Part shown: positions 62,745 through 64,000 of the stretch, piece after piece
Layout: each line of letters begins with the position of its first letter
Position numbering within the stretch: the stretch's first letter is position 1
DNA from: Octopus sinensis
Lineage: Eukaryota
Direction: 5' to 3'
Length of the DNA: 64,000 nt
Assembly (NCBI RefSeq): GCF_006345805.1
Contig: NC_043021.1
Span: forward strand, 8,122,001 to 8,186,000
Notes under the pieces: generated by a model
Database searches by the model: none
What the model was told of the DNA's origin: nothing
What the model saw: only the letters and a program-made list of their open reading frames with translations
Made by a program: the position numbers and the translations under genes

Positions 62745-63344
62745 ATGTGGTGAGCTGGCAGAAACGTTAGCATGCCGGGCGAAATGCTTGGCAGTATTTC
62801 ATCTGCCGTTACGTTCTGAGTTCAAATTCCGCCGAGGTCGACTTTGCCTTTCATCCTTTCAGGGTTGATAAGTTAAGTACCAGTTATGCACTGGGGTCGG
62901 TGTAATCGACTTAATCACTTTGTCAGTCCTTGTTTGTCCCCTCTGTGTTTAGCCCCTTGTGGGTAATAAAGAAATAGGTATTTTGTCTGCCGTTATGTTC
63001 TGAGTTCAAATTCCGCCGAGGTCGACTTTGCCTTTCATCCTTTCAGGGTTGATAAATTAAGTACCAGTTACGCACTGGAGTCGATGTAATCGACTTAATA
63101 TCTATGTCTGTCCTTGTTTGTCCCCTCTGTGTTTAGCCCCTTGTGGGTAATAAAGAAATAGGTATTTTGTCTGCCGTTATGTTCTGAGTTCAAATTCCGC
63201 CGAGGTTGACTTTGCCTTTCATCCTTTCAGGGTTGATAACTTAAGTACCAGTTACGCACTGGGGTCGGTGTAATCGACTTAATCACTTTGTCTGCCCTTG
63301 TTTGTCCCCTCTATGTTTAGCCCCTTGTGGGCAATAAAGAAACA
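62745..63344 (+). mobile_element. SINE-B trimer (one head plus three 184-bp bodies) with a single 17-bp TSD
   Basis: TSD AGGAGTATATGATGTAA at 62728-62744 and 63345-63361; bodies restart at 62977 and 63161. Confidence 0.92.
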
Positions 63345-64000
63345 AGGAGTATATGATGTAAGCATTGCTTGGTTAAGAGAGCAAGAATCCTGAAAAACTC
63401 ACTTGAACCAGGGACTTTTTTAATTTCCAGAAAAGAAACATTAAGTCAATGCCTCCATCAAAGGCATTTCCTGTTGCAAGCTTGGAATTCTCATTTGCAG
63501 AATAGGAACATGCCACCAGCTTCGAAACGCATTATGGACATAACTGGAATTGATGTAAGGGGGATAACCCCACCCCACCTGAAAGCTTACTGGTAGGGGT
63601 CATTCCAGATATTTTTGATTTACAAAACTGACATGATGTTTTCCTCCCTCCAGTTGTAGAGAGGTTACGTGTCTCTGCCTATTTGAGTCTGATAAGTCAC
63701 CTATACAGCTGAGTATTCTACAGGTGTGAAAGTAGTGGTCACTCTCTGACCAGCCATAACAAACAACCTTCTAAATATATATATATATTATGGCTGCCCC
63801 CTCGTTATCGAGTATGGCCATTGCACGAAGCTTAACTGTTACTGGTGCTGTGATCAAATGTGACTTTTTAGCCCAGCTAAAGATCTACAATGTCTTGTAC
63901 AAAATTGGCAACTAAAACCTTTACTGGTAATAGTCGGCTGTAGTTGTAACTGGGCTTCATGTACCTTTGCATGTCGTTTAAGTCCTCCTGCCGAATTACA

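Larger units (their letters stand above)
60872..63500 (+). mobile_element. Decayed Penelope-like element (RT plus GIY-YIG, Naiad-like), interrupted by a hAT MITE and two SINE-B insertions
   Basis: Remnants ADICNLIGLYIL, YRND (YRDD), VNFLNVMLDL, VIWFAPPFS, CSCRxxxECP, VVYEAEV, NHKSS, CKHCL, SQCLH. Confidence 0.85.

Overview
AT-rich, repeat-dense eukaryotic DNA, most likely an octopus/coleoid cephalopod (inferred from the tRNA-derived SINE families and microsatellite load; not verified). Three genes were reconstructed by hand with phase-consistent GT-AG junctions: (1) ELP5, + strand, 8 coding exons, 2112-14897, 302 aa; (2) a DRAM/DRAM2-like gene, - strand, 6 coding exons, 52062-26937, 263 aa; (3) an unrecognised 151-aa S/T-P-rich ORF (-, 20795-20340) with a 67-nt 5'UTR intron, whose last ~30 codons, stop and 3'UTR are amplified as nine 165-168 bp tandem units. 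The rest is SINEs (several families), CR1/RTE/HERO/Tx1 fragments, Gypsy remnants, Tc1/mariner, Merlin, hAT, piggyBac-like MITEs, a Helitron and a decayed Penelope-like element. Most interesting signals: a CR1 copy with 17 clustered A->G changes (possible retrotransposed ADAR-hyper-edited RNA, or a sequencing artefact); about five families of minimal hammerhead-like motifs with core variants (including a G3-C8 swap), mostly in inverted repeats; the stop-codon-containing tandem array; and a SINE family whose insertion sites share GGTAT with its own multimer junction. Repeat boundaries are approximate; no alignments or database searches were run, and family comparisons are from memory.
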